Below, piece after piece: positions 27,968-41,426 of a stretch of 64,000 nt of DNA. The number at the start of each line of letters is the position of its first letter. The first letter of the stretch is position 1. The stretch comes from Balanoglossus misakiensis (lineage: Eukaryota > Animalia > Hemichordata): the NCBI GenBank assembly GCA_040954595.2, contig CM082577.2, forward strand, positions 6,969,846 through 7,033,845, in the 5' to 3' direction. The translations under genes and the position numbers were made by a program. The notes under the pieces were generated by a model. The model worked only from the letters and a program-made list of their open reading frames with translations. It was not told the origin of the DNA and searched no databases.

Positions 27968-30900
27968 ATGAGTTCTTCAAGTGTCAGAGTTGAAACCAAA
28001 AGCAAAGCGGTTGATTACTCCAAAACAACAGGTGGTAGAAAAGATCTGAAAAGGCGATCTGATCATTTATCAGGTATTTGTCATATTATATCTTTTTTGT
28101 GCACTTCTTGGAAATGCAAGTTCACATGTATCGACAAACAGCGGTGCAATTAAAATGTCTACAAACGCATTTAATTGAAATTGTTTCAGTAGAGGGGTAT
28201 TCCCCTATCTGCTCATGCATTAATGGGAATGCGTCACCTTAAAAAACAAAACAAAAAAAAACATTTTTAAATTTGCAAATATTCTGCATGATTTCTGGTT
28301 GGAATTCGTTTAATGACGAGTCTTGGTAACATCCTTTGACAAAAAGCGTTAAAATCAAAATTCCAACATGACATACACTATTGGTGCATTTAGGGGTATT
28401 CCCCTAAAAGTAACGGTCCATTTCAATCACGTGATCTGACCCTGGGACCCATGGCATTGTCATTTCGCGGTGCCGGGCAAACAATTTCGGCAGGTAGTAA
28501 AAGTTTTTCCAGGTATGTTTATACGTTAGAACCGCCCAGGCACGAAACATGTATCAAGGCATGATGCCTCATAAGCCTCATGGCGTTTCGTCACCACGTT
28601 GCCCGTCAGCTGGAAATTTTAATGCCAACGTATCTGCGTCTGAACGCGTCTGACGTCATTTTATATCGAAGACTACATCTCTCTAGTACCTCCATGATGT
28701 ATCTAGTCCCTGCCCCAATCCCACTGCTGGCTGCGCTACGCTAAAGGGAAAGGGGTCACGATGACTGCCCATATGCCTACCTACTTTATATATTCTCACA
28801 TGGGCATTTATAAATATGTTATTATGTGATTATTAGACAGATAACATTTCCAAATCGTATAAAAGCAGTCTTTGAGAAGGGCTCTTTGGCCCCAACTTAC
28901 AAAATGGCCACCAGCTTTGCCGCGGATTTCGAGATTTGTCCCACCCTAAATGTGGTTGCCTGTGTTGGATTTATTAGTGTAGGCATGTCAATGATTATTC
29001 CTGCATCCAATCTTATTTAGGTGGGGGAAAGTCTGGACGGATGGAAAAGAAGAAGAGACGTGTGGCAAAAAGCAAGGTGCCAGATGTGGAAAATATAACG
29101 AAGGATGCACATAAGTCACTTGAAGTGCAAGGCACTGATAATGTGGCAATTAAGACTGGAGATAACTGTACTGTCAATGTGATGTACCCTGAAAGGAGTA
29201 AGTGAGGACATGTTTTACAGTACATACAAAGATATTGCTCTGTGACTTTCGTGCATTGCTTTGATTTGTGATGTGATCCAGCATGCAGCATGGCAGCCAT
29301 TGTCTGACGTCGTATCTGGCAGAATTGTATGCATGTAAATGTATGATGTTGACAACGAATGGTGGATTTTAGGCCTAAATCTTTTGATATCTACAATGTA
29401 ATCATCGTTTGCACTTTTGAAACACATGGATACTATAGGTGTTAAATTAGATTGTCCCCAGAAATCCTGAAATTAAGTCATCATGTAGCCACGCAACTCT
29501 GTATCATTTTAATTCTGATTGTGCCAATTGGAACTAGGGACTGACCACTGCATGGTTTTTCTTTGGGTAATTCGTAAGTGGCGAAAGTTTGAAAAGAAAA
29601 CAGCACAAGCCTTCTATTGTTTACAGGGGTAACCCCCCCCCCCCACAACAATGTCCTGATTATTGTCCAATTTTGGTTTTGCTTTCAAGGAATCTTAAGA
29701 GCACAACCTGCAGTTCAACAGGTACCCATCGCAGCTGCAGTACAAGGTCCTTCCGGTAAGTCTTAAATTTGACCTTTAGCTAAATCTTATTTTCTCGCTC
29801 ACCTCCCATGATGCATGAGACTGCTCGAGAGAACTGCAGAATGGTGGTTTCCTGTCCAAATATGAGTCTGAACTTTTATAATGTATGTGTGCACGCGTGT
29901 CTAATACTGTGGCATATAATGTGTAATTAGTGAATGTGGTTTATTAACTCGTTTTTTTCCCTTCAGAACTAGAAAACAGTGTTCTGCGTGACATTGGCTC
30001 CATTCAAGAAGATGAACAAGCTCCGATTGCGTTAAAAGTAATCACTAAAGCAAGACTGACGAAAGGGGAACAGACAGAATGCTTGACATTTTTAGTAACT
30101 GACAAATCAGGCATACCAGTTCGCACATGTCTCGCCTTTGGAGATAGTGCAAACAAATTTTCTTCGAGTATATGTGAAGGTGGCATTTACAAGTTTAGTC
30201 AGTACAGCTGGAGAGTGCCCAATCCCAAATTCAATAAAGACCCTGAAGAAATATTATTAGACGAAAGCTCTGTCATCGAGCCTGTCTTGGATAAATGTGA
30301 CGATTTTGCTGAATCGTTGGTATATACAAGTATCGGTGAGGCCTTAAAGACTACAGAGCGTAGTCACATTAGAGCAAAAATAACGCGAATTGTCGAAGGA
30401 GAGGACATTTTCGAGGGAGATACAAAACTAAAACAGACAAATGTATATGTAGTAGATGAAAGCAGTCTTGAGACGATAGTCGAAGTTTTCAATGAAGATT
30501 GCAAACCATTCAACTTTCAGATTGGTCAATCAGTACAAATAACACTAGTGAAGAAGAAAGTCGTGTCTAATGGTAGTGAATTTCTGACAACCACCCCATT
30601 CACCAAAATTGATGCGTGCGAGAGTGAAATTCAAATAGATGATGGGTATCAGCCCGCACCACCGTCCCCGCAAGCTGGCATTAAAATAGAAAACCTGAAA
30701 GAGCTAAAGGAAGCAAACGAGGAAACATATGACATCCAAAACGTGTGTAAAATAGATATCATACGCCAGTCAACGCCCTGGTATTTTGGATGTTCAAAGC
30801 CACAGTGCGGTCGGAAAGTTGACCCCGGTCCTGCTAACAGTGGTTTGTGCCCCGAGCATGAGTTCACTGATATAGACCGTTATTTCAACATTAAGGTCAC

Positions 30901-31120
30901 GATAAAAGACAAGACAGCAAGTATTTGGACAACTCTCTTTGATCGCCATGTTACTTCAATTTCTGACCTAACAACAAAGATCTACAAGAAAAGTAAGGAA
31001 AAGAGAAAAGAAATGCTGAACAAGAAACTTAAACATGCCAATGTTAAAGTAATTATTAAGAAGAAAATTGAAGGAGAGAAAACCACAGACTACCAATTGG
31101 TCAGAATTAGAAAAGTTTAA
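27968..31120 (+). CDS. Divergent RPA70/RPA1-like ssDNA-binding protein (3 OB folds + Zn ribbon), ~500 aa, 4 exons
   Basis: Exons 27968-28073, 29021-29197, 29690-29755, 29967-31120 join in frame. The last exon resembles RPA70 DBD-A (FLVTDKSG..AFGDSANKF...GGIYKFS), DBD-B (NVYVVDESS..VFNED) and DBD-C (WYFGCSKPQCGRKV..CPEH..IKDKTASIWTTLFD). AATAAA near 31525. The 5' exons are less certain than the last exon. Confidence 0.8.
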
Positions 31121-32130
31121 GGGAAACAGTTACTACAGTAATACTAAGTTTAATGACCTTCTTGACATATTAATTAGTTAGTGTTTAACCGGCGGAGAAA
31201 GACTATTTTAATATAAGGGGAAGTGTGTAACTTGAAAAATGGGTTATTTACATGTCAAATTTGGTTTATGTCATTATAGAGTACATTTGCCGTTGCAAAG
31301 ACCCGCAAAACATGAATTAGTATAATATTAGTTTAGAAACATTTTATACCATATGTTTTTATTAGGTTTAATAAACAAGGAGTTTAGTTTTATCTTTGAC
31401 TTTAAAAACACATGATGTCTAAAATTCGTAGTTTTATGTTAAATAAGGGATATTTTGATTCAATCGTTTTTAGTGTATGTAATACACATATCATAAGACA
31501 TTAGTGTCTCGTGTTTTTCTCTGAATAAAGATGTTCAATTATACATGTACATTTAGATTTCGTGTCTTTGTGTGTAAGATTGTGTTCATATAAGTAGTCA
31601 CATACGTACCCAGTAACGTTATGTTATGTTGACTCTCCTGTATATAAACACACATTTTAGCGCTTTTATCCTGAACAAGCGAAGTTGTCAGGTTGTCCGA
31701 CCGATAGAGTGTATTTACTCAAAATAGATATCCTACCATGAACGTCACGAAACCGGGAAGTTTAGAAGAAATCTCAGACATACAAATCTACTAAACTCCT
31801 CATTGTTACTGGCAGACTCCGTTGTGGGTAGCTTAAACACGTGAAGGTATGGACATGGGTTGGGGAGAAAACGGAATTGACACACCGTCGTACCTTCGCG
31901 CAAAGGTGTATCTGGACGATTCCATTTTGATATTGACAGAGAAGCAGGGACCGTTCACTTTTGTATTTAACGGGTGTTGAGCAGATCAACAGTCAGTCAT
32001 ACGCGGGGAGGTTGGAACCAGCGCGGCAGAGAAAGAAAACACACTCAGGTATCACATCATTGCTACTATAATAAAGCCCAGTTCGACAGAGAAGTCCCAC
32101 ATCTATCAAGGTCCGAAGTTCCCGGATGAC

Positions 32131-33884
32131 ATGTCTCAGTCTGAACCGACCAAAGCCGCGCTCCAGAAGAAAGTGGACGCCTTGAAATACCAGCTTGACA
32201 TCGAGAGGCTGCCAGCGTCTCAGACGATCCCAGAGTAAGTGCACATGGCCAACACCGTTCCATAAATTATAATTTATACCTCGTCTTCGACACTATATCA
32301 CTAATTACTCGTATATCCTATTCCTCTTCGAAGACTATAAATTAGCTCTGATAGAACTACTTTAAAAAATAATATTTTACAGTTTTTTTGTTCTGTGTAG
32401 GCCTATCGTACGTACTTTTCGCAAAGATATAGACGTAGCTGCACTCAGTTTTTGTGGCCAGGTGTAACGGTGTTATTGAAAGCCGCGTCTACCCCTCCAT
32501 CCCAGAACCGTCAACTTGCACCAATACTGGTTATTTTCATTGATATACTGATTTTTAAACGAAAATCGTGAGACTGAAACTAGTGGAATATACAGTGGAA
32601 TAAACTGCCATCTGAATTGATTGAGTAAACACACATCGAGGGTATATATCGCCGCTCCACTCACTTGTGAACGCCACCGAAGCGTTGAAACTTTTCTTAT
32701 TAAAACAAATTGGGCGTCTCGTTCGCCTGCGTCTGGAAATTCATTTAGGGGATTAATTATCGCCAATGACCGATCGTCTTTTTTGTCGAGACAACAATCC
32801 CAACCCGTATCGCCATGGATAATTGCCCAGCTTGATGAGATACCCCGCCGATGTACTTTGCTGATTAAAATTAATTATGCATTTCTCGATCATTTCGCTG
32901 ATACTAGCTGCGGTCATGTAAGTTCGATCATATAAAACATAATAATAATATTAAAACAATTTATATACACAAAGCAGCGATAGAAGCTGTCACGTTCAAT
33001 CGAGAGGAAGACGAGAGACAGAATGAGAGAAATATATACATACTGACAGACAGAGAAACAAAGGAAAACGGAGAAGGGTCGGGGGAGTTAGGGGGTGATT
33101 GGCCGAGTAACCCATATTAACTAAAATTGCGAGAGAATTTCAAATGTTCTATAGACTTTGCTGAGTACATAAAGTAAACTAATGACACAAGAAGTTTGTA
33201 TGAACGAAATCTACCATTGTCCCTGGTCTTCTTTTGTCATGATACGAATTCTATTATTTTTAGCAGAAATAGTGATTTTCATCATTCAGATTTTTTTAAT
33301 TTCTGTTTTGAATATCGTCTGACAACAATAGAGAGCGATTCTTTCAAATGTCACCGGGTTCTTAATACATTTCTTTAAAACTGTCAAGACCACCTGACAA
33401 TTCAAATTCTGAAACGTGTATTAAAGGTACTTTGAATGAACTGTCATTACCGACCTTCGTCTCCTTCCTATATCGTGTTCATCGATTCAACGAGGACTTA
33501 CCTCTTTCTTGTCGTAAAAGCGAACTTAAGCCTACTTGCTGCGCGAATTGATGCGGTAGATGATGTAATCATGTTAATCATTTTGACTTCTGACTCACCC
33601 TTACGCGATCACTATAAAGTTATTTTACGGAGATATGAAAACCAATAACTTGAAGTGCGTAGAAAGTGCAAATGGTAGCCGTTCTGACCAAGTTGAGCTA
33701 CCCTTATTTGAGGTAAACTCAGTACCCCCATCTTGATCCACCACAGAGTCCATTTTGTGTTTTTTGTTTGATTTCCAGGCTTGTGAATTTCGTGAAGCAA
33801 AACGAAGGCACCGACCCGTTCTTGCACCCGCTTGACAAAAAGGAAAACCCGTGGGCCGATAAGAGCAAGTGCGCGCTTCTTTAG
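32131..33884 (+). CDS. Heterotrimeric G-protein gamma subunit (GGL domain), 69 aa, 2 exons
   Basis: Exon 32131-32234 (MSQSEPTKAALQKKVDALKYQLDIERLPASQTIP) plus exon 33779-33884 (ELVNFVKQNEGTDPFLHPLDKKENPWADKSKCALL). DPF/NPW motifs, CaaX box CALL, canonical GT-AG intron. Not in the ORF track. Confidence 0.93.
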
Positions 33885-34519
33885 AAGAAACATGGAACTC
33901 CGTCGGAAGGACGTTGAACAGGATTCTATTTGTATGCAAGTTTGACCGTAGTTTAGCTTAGCTGGAGAGTTTGAGCGTATTTTTAGCCATGCGGCACAGT
34001 CACTCCACGCGAGTAACCGTGGATGTAGCAAGCAATCAAGCAAGCGAACAACTTCGAAGGTTATACAAGTATTCAGAGAATTACAGAAAATTATCTGCTA
34101 AATTATTCTAGACGATAATATGTCAAGCTGCGTTTTTCAAGCTACGTATGTTCAAAATGCTGTTAATTCATGCATTTTCTGAAGACTTCCTTATCCGAAC
34201 GCACCACAACAAGAACAGATGACTTCAGTGTCTCGTGGACCAAATATTTTCCAAGTTGTGGATGTACGAGTGCCTATTGATATGCAAATAACTACTTCAG
34301 TCTCCTTACCTGCACATAGGCAAATACACAATGTACTAGTATTTCCAAAAAAATTAAGTAATTGTTTTGAGGATTTCGTGAGTAAGTTCGTTGATTTTTC
34401 CCCAAAGAATTGGCTTCATCGGCGACCTTTAAGACTGTTTACTTTTTTATGATATAATGACAGACTTTGTAGCCATCAGTTTGGGTTTGAGATACCAATA
34501 AGTAAAAGTTCGAGTTCAT

Positions 34520-34836
34520 GCGCATTTTTCTTTAAAGAGGGCGCCCTTCTAAAACATGGCGTCATCTCCAAGCAGACGACGCGAAAACGAAACCAGTATT
34601 ACTACTTCTCTTACTTGACAACTGCTTTTTAACTTATGAGTAGTAGTACTGCTCGAGCTCGTGTGGTTTGTCGTATACTATATGATACAAGTTGCGTGTA
34701 AAACTTACCTTGCAATAAAATGCGGCTATCGAACGTCAGTCCCAGCAACCGATACACATGTCGAGTTTTGGCTTGTGACCTGCTAGCCTCGTTTTCGCAT
34801 CGTCTTGGTAGGGCGCCCTCTTTACGAAAAAGGCGT
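34520..34836. mobile_element. Decayed fold-back/MITE-like element
   Basis: Left arm (tttaaagagggcgccct ... agacgacgcgaaaacga) is mirrored by the right arm (tcgttttcgcatcgtct..agggcgccctctttacg). Confidence 0.55.
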
Positions 34837-35841
34837 GTTTCAGTACCAAAATCCTCTGGTGGCCAAAGAAATTATGCAATGAAAATACGGTAATTATCAT
34901 AGGTAAAATGAATGATCCTGACAACAAAAGCCGATTTTTTCTGTCTCAATAAAATTTGTTAACTTGTGATGTAGAGTTTGAGTGTTTTTTGTGAGGTGGG
35001 GTTATGATATAAGGAACTTTGCCTTACCTCCCCCTTTTTAGAGGTCCAAATGTCTGGTGAAAGGGTTAATTTATTTTAAGTTATGCCATTTAAAAAATGT
35101 AGGTGGTGGCAGAGCTTTACCTTATACACACAACTCCCTCTCTCACCCGTCCACCGACACAAACATTTTCCATCATCCAAACTCAATCTCAGATCTTCTT
35201 CCCAACTCATCCTTAAAACAGCACCCCCACCAACAAAATCCTGTCCCCAAAACAAAAGCTCATTCCAACAGACATTCATATTTCCTGAAGAGATACAATA
35301 AAGGATTCTGCAGTAGGTATCTTTCCATTTATTGAAATTAAGAGTATACTTTGCATTGTGTAAACATGCATGTGAACACTTCAAAGTAGCCATTTGTAAG
35401 TTTTTGTGAAAATTTTAGAATTTGGAACAGAAGAGAAATTGAGATTTCCAATGAAGTAGGGATAGTGGACGGATGACGAAAAAGCTGGTCTGGCAAAGCA
35501 GGAAGTGTACATGTGTATTAGAAGTCACAGATAAACAAATTTTACATCTTCTTGTAAATTGGTGACATGCACACTTCACAGACTTCTAGGCTTGGCATAG
35601 GACAATTTACAATGTTACATAGAACGAAATGATATGATCCAGTGTACAATTTGTGACTGGTAGTTTTGTACGGTTGTCATTACATGTATCTGCTGGTGTT
35701 CCTAGATCGCTAGATCGCATTACACATGGACATGCACGCTGCATCCCATGTGACAATGAATGTCCAAAAGGCACGCATCAACAGATGACAGTCAGAGGTG
35801 GCGGTAAATACAGGGTCGACGTTTGCTGAAAGTTCAATACA

Positions 35842-38800
35842 CTACACGAGTTCCATCATCAGACTCTTCAGATGCCGTGCTTCGTACGTGCCCGTGTTCT
35901 TGCCCTCGTGTTTGGGTTCTTCTTCGAGGGGCTGTTCTATCAGCGCTTTGACATCCCTGCCGTACGCTGAAAGACAACAGAACGAAAATGGGTGATGATG
36001 ATGATGCAGTAGCATTTGATGGATTTTAGAAACCACTGACTGATTAAGCCTCTGGTACTATTTAAAAAAGCTGACTGATCTGCCCATGTAAAAATGTACA
36101 TCACATTATGCATTGTGATAACAATGCACAGATGAACACACAAGACAGACAGAAAGATGGTCCTAGCTACTCTACAAGCCTCTTCAACTACATCTGCAAT
36201 AACAAAAAAATACACCTGAATATGTACAACGTTGAAGAAATACAGGAAATACTGTCAACAGGGATTTGAAATCCACTTCTGTTCGGCACTCACCTTCGCA
36301 GTGTTCAAGGAACTGTATACATTCTTGAGAGACACTGTCCCTGAGCATAATCATGTGCTTGGCCATATTTTCCAGCAATGACAAGAAACACCTTTTAGCA
36401 TAGAACCATGTGTCTGTACCGAGCTGCAATGATAAAAAAGATGGAATTCTATATTTCACTTTTCGTGTGTATACAAACATAGAGAAATTCACACCGGGCA
36501 TTATCTTGCGGTGTGACTTGAGTTTTATGTGTAAATAGTTACCGTACATTGGTAGTGAAATGGGATTTTTTAAAAAATATTTGCCACTTTCATTGTGAAG
36601 CAAAAAATGTCAATCAACACATCTCAGACGTAATTTAATCTATCTCCCACTGGGCCATTTCATATTCGGCTTGACATGGCTACAGAGAAGCAAAGGTCAA
36701 CAGACATGCTCAGTAAGTAGGCTACAGCCACCCAATTTTACCTTTTTGTTGTACGGCTCCAGACTCTTGATAACTCTTGAGATACCAAACTCGTAGTTTC
36801 CCTTTGCACAGTAAAGTGTTCCGATGACTAAATTCACAATGCATAGATGATAGATCTTTTTGTCCGGGTCGTCATAGGCAACCTGCTCTTCTTCTTTTTC
36901 TATCTTTCTCATCAGTTCTTCTGCCTAGAATGAAAGAATGAGAAAGGGAAATCTGAGAAGAGGAGCTTTTGATATCAGGACTCTTTGACAACACACGTCT
37001 GGGTCAACTCGCGGTAATTCTCGCAATTTACTTTTTAAAATTTTAGATCGAAAATTAACTGCTGAAAAGCATCAACACACACAGGGCACGCTTTGTGTTT
37101 AAACAGTTGTGTACTTTTGTGTGTGTTTGCCACTCTGATAATACATGTACAGTTACGTACCTCTTCATTTTGACTGGTCATGATGTAGGAGACACAGAGA
37201 TTCGCTAAGACGATGGCACTCACGCTGAGAATCTGGGAGAAAAGTAGAAAGAAAAAGAAGAGTAAATGTTAGGAAAGATAAACTTTCAGACCAGTATTTG
37301 ACGTATAACTCGACAACTTGACATTTACATGGCAGAATATACACATGCATGGTAAAATGCAAACAAATAATAAATGATATTGCAATTCTTAGATGCATGT
37401 TTAATGTCTAAGTTCTCAAACACGGAAAAGCTTTTGCGCATACTACACTTGCAACATTTAGAACTAATTTCTCCCACTTACGTTGTCGTAGTGCTTCTTG
37501 ACGATGGGCTCATAGAAACCGGTGGCTTCTTTAAATTTGCCCTCCTGCATGAAGAGTACGTGTGCCACGTTGAGTTTCCATATGTCGTGTTCGTTGCAGA
37601 ACTCCACCGACTTGCGGAAGATCTTCTCCACCTGGGCGTAGTTCTCCAAATCCCAGTAGATCTTGGCCTGGGACATCAATACTGGTATGTACCTGTCAAT
37701 GTGGAGTTAGTACATCATCAAAGCATGGTGGAAATTTGGGAAACTTTGCACTAAGAAATACACATGTACATATTGATGACAAATCTGATTGTCGCATTCC
37801 TGGCTGCTTGGAGTGTGGGATCAAATTTATTCCCCTAGTACCCTGCGACAATATATTTTTCTTGCAAACTCCACCTTTTTTCCCCACTGATTTTTGATCA
37901 CACGTACCTCTCCAAGGCTTCGTCGTATTCGTTGACGACTTTCTTGACCGCTTCATCGTCGTGATTCTGCCTAGCCTCCTGCACCTGCTTGGTCAGCTTC
38001 CGCAGCTGGTCCGTGTACTTGGACGCCATGTCGTCCAACTTGCGGTAGGCCTCCTCGGGCGCCGTCTGCTGCGTCAGGATGGCGTCGATGAAGTCGAACA
38101 GGTACTGCGTCATGTACTTGAACGTCAGGTGGGCGTTCTCCGCCAGCACGTCTGCAGCAAGGCTGTAGTACTACCACAAGCGAGAGCAAAGCTTAGTTAG
38201 TATACAGTGAAACCTGTCTAATCTGACCACCTCTCTTATCTGGAAAAAACCTGTCTATACCAAGAGACGTTTTCAAATCCTGTTCACATAGAACCACATT
38301 TTAAAAGGACCTCTACACACTGGACACCTCTGTAAACCAAACAATTTCTTTCGTGTTCAGTTTAGACAGATTTGACCGTAGCAACTAAGACAGTAGGGGG
38401 CTGTTTCTTGCCAAGACAAAAGCTCTGCAGGGGTTTTCCCCCTTCCACTCACCTCATACTTGATATACAACAAGAGTAGGTTGCCAAATGTCTCCGGAGG
38501 GAATGGATTCTGCTGTAACAGAAACTGCAATTTCTCAAATCCTTGTGTCGGGGATTCGTCCATGTTCATCAGTGCTTGGTTGTGTAGGGTGACTGGATCT
38601 AATTCCTGTTGAAAACAGAATGAGCAAAAGTTAGCCAAAATCAAGTGGTAAAACTGTTAATTCATTTCGATGACATTTTTCCGAAAAAAGGTAGGATGAT
38701 AATCTCATATTCCTTTTCAATGCCAAGGCCAGATGAAGTGAATTCTCAACAATTATTGTTACCTCTTCTGATCTCGGTGGCATGTCTGTCAATGCTTCTT

Positions 38801-41426
38801 TGGCCGCTTCAACTAAACAACAGAAAACACAGGAGTCAGTATTTATAATGGCTTCTTGTAAGTTGTCATTTTTATAAAAAAAAACCAAGATTACATCAGG
38901 GCATTCTAACTCAGCTGTAAACGTTTGTGAAATCAAGTTTGCACTACACTTTATAATGAGACATCTCAGTATGACCTAGTAAAACAATGCAATCATTGCA
39001 AAGTTGGTGCAAGCTACAAAAGTTTAGTAGGTACATACAAGAAAGCTGGAAACAGAAGAGTTTTAATGCCACGGGGGCATGTTTAATGGAATACTTACAA
39101 TTTTTCAGCTGATACTCGATGGCCGCTTTGAGATTGAAAGCTTCTATCAATGCCGTCTCGTGTAAGGTCAGCGTGTTGCCCACGCTGCGTACGTCTATCC
39201 CTTCTGTTGTCATGCCAACACTCAGCTCTGCAGACGATCAATAACGATGAGGTCACTCTCTTAAAACCGCCAGTGAAAATACACTTTCAGGTGCTCTTTT
39301 TTAAATATGAAACTTCTTCCGAGAACAAGCTTGGCAAAGTGAACTCAGTACTGGGGTATTTTTCGTAAGAGTGGTGTCACATTAAACAGATGCAAAACTC
39401 TCTCTGTAGCTCTTACCTGGATGTTCTCGGATGCCTTTCTCGATGATGTCTGCGATATGTTTCAAAGCCGGCGCATACTGCTTCATGGAGTAGTAACACA
39501 GTGCTATGTTGTAGGACAGATCTGTGGAATGAGAGAACAAAACAATTATATCGGTTCTATTCTGTTTTCCAAAAGGTAGAAATAAAACCACACATGTTCA
39601 GCAAATACGAGCACTGCAAGAATCAGTGTGCAATATTTTAACACTGAGTACAACATCAGTCCCACTATGTGCATGTCTTATTGAGTACCTTATTTAATAT
39701 TTGCATATTATGTCGGCTCACCTGGTTTATAGCCAAGTATCTGCATGGCTGCTTGAAACTTGTGACAGGCATCTTCGTACCTGCCTTCCTTGTACAACAG
39801 ACAGCCCATATTGACTTCTGCATCAGCGTCGTCAGCAGGACACTGTTCTACCATGCTCTGCACGTGAACAACAACAACAACCACTTTATTTTCAGTTTCA
39901 ACCTCTTGTATTACTATTAGACTGAGGTTTCACAAGCTCTGAAACCTCAATATCCAAACGACTCTTTCATAGATGACACCACAGTCTCTACCTTCAACAA
40001 CATTATGCACATTTCGTTTTGTGCCCCAATCATAGACAAACAACGCTCCTTGTTTTATACTGCTTGCCATACTATCCAGTTATTTGATGGAGTGTCACTG
40101 ACCTTTGCCCCCGGCAGATCCTCTTCTCCATACTTGATGGCTGCCTGCAGTTTGCTGATCTGCAAAAGGTAATGTGGAGAGGAAAATAAAACATAAATTA
40201 CAATACATCAGAGAATTATCCTTAAACCATTTACCAGCAGATAGGGGTATGTCGACACATATGTGTACACCAATGACAGAAGCGCGAACTGGAACACTGT
40301 TTTTAACACTCCACATTGGTAACCCTGACATTGATTGAACACGTGTGCAAATGCAAGACATGTGTACAGTATCGATTTGCGGTCAGCTTTGCTGTGACTT
40401 CAGGAAGTTCCTATCTCTGGTGATGGGGCACACAATGCACTCAACAAACTGAAATGAGCATCTTACTGTACCTGCGCTTCATAGCTGGGGTTGTCGATCT
40501 GCGAGGTGGCCTTCATGGCCTCCGGATACATGCAGGCCTTGTAGAGCGACTGAGCATGGTTGAGCTTGTAGTCGTCGTTCTCCGGGTGGAGCTGCACCAG
40601 CTGGTCGTAGCACTCGGCCGCATTCACAAAGTCTTGCATGTAGAAGTAGCAGTAGGCAAGCAGGGACAGTGCTGCTCTGGACTGTGGGGGGGGGGGGGGT
40701 TGAAAAGGAAGCACTTTTAAAATTTAGGATATTCTTATTTGGGAGAGGGGGGTGTTGGAGATTACATCCCAGTTCATGAAATTTGAATGCTGAACATCAG
40801 GAGTAAACGATAGTGCAGTGTGCATTTCAAACTACAACATTTGTTGACAAATTTAAATGGCCATGTTGGGTCAAGGGCTTACGCCTGGACAGACTACATA
40901 TACAGAAAACAGACAAATATTTTCTTACCCTTGGATGATTCTGGAGCTCAGATGACAAAATCTGGATTGCATCAGTGTATTTACCATCTTTGATCTGTGT
41001 AAGGGGAGGGAGAGATTGATAGTTCGTAACCATGCCCATTTTCACGTTTAAACCATTTCACGTTTAAACCAAAAATAGTATTCCTTTCATACGTTATGTA
41101 GTCTCTTTGGTTGAATAAATGTGACGATGCAGAATGTTGGGTTGAGATGTGTCAGATGCGTTGTTACAAGAGCACTGCAGCATTCTCCTTTAGCTATTTT
41201 CAACCTTTGTGTTTTGACACGGGAAATCAAATACATGTATCACCAGTAGACTTGCATGGGCTTTGTGAGTAGATCGAATTCGGTGTAGAATGAAGCAGGT
41301 ATCACCAAATCAAAGTCTGATGTCAAAACACAGTGAAGTTGACAGCGTTGTTGTCGTTGTCATGACACTTACCATGGAGTAAATTGTCGATGTATATTCA
41401 CCATCCTTTATGTCATAAAGCGACAT
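35842..41426 (-). CDS. TTC30: Tetratricopeptide repeat protein 30 / IFT70 (fleer/DYF-1), ~647 aa, 15 coding exons
   Basis: Exons 41426-41373, 40994-40929, 40681-40472, 40159-40103, 39857-39722, 39521-39417, 39227-39099, 38812-38763, 38605-38453, 38170-37908, 37692-37482, 37232-37161, 36924-36742, 36423-36294, 35966-35842. Diagnostic peptides LTDMPPRSEEELDPVTLHNQAL, LLQQNPFPPETFGNLLLLY, YHLCIVNLVIGTLYCAKGNYEFGISR, LGTDTWFYAKRCF. Confidence 0.97.
38205..38378. mobile_element. Tc1/mariner-pogo-type MITE in a TTC30 intron
   Basis: TA|CAGTGAAACCTGTCTAA ... TTAGACAGATTTGACCG|TA; imperfect TIRs with TA target duplication. Confidence 0.75.

Noticed and set aside
26900-32000. Complete Helitron or Kolobok element carrying the RPA-like gene
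   Set aside because: No Rep/helicase or transposase ORF, no convincing 3' hairpin-CTRR end and no matching second TIR found.
31774-32263. Minus-strand ORFs next to the RPA-like gene
   Set aside because: Antisense shadows of the G-gamma first exon and promoter.
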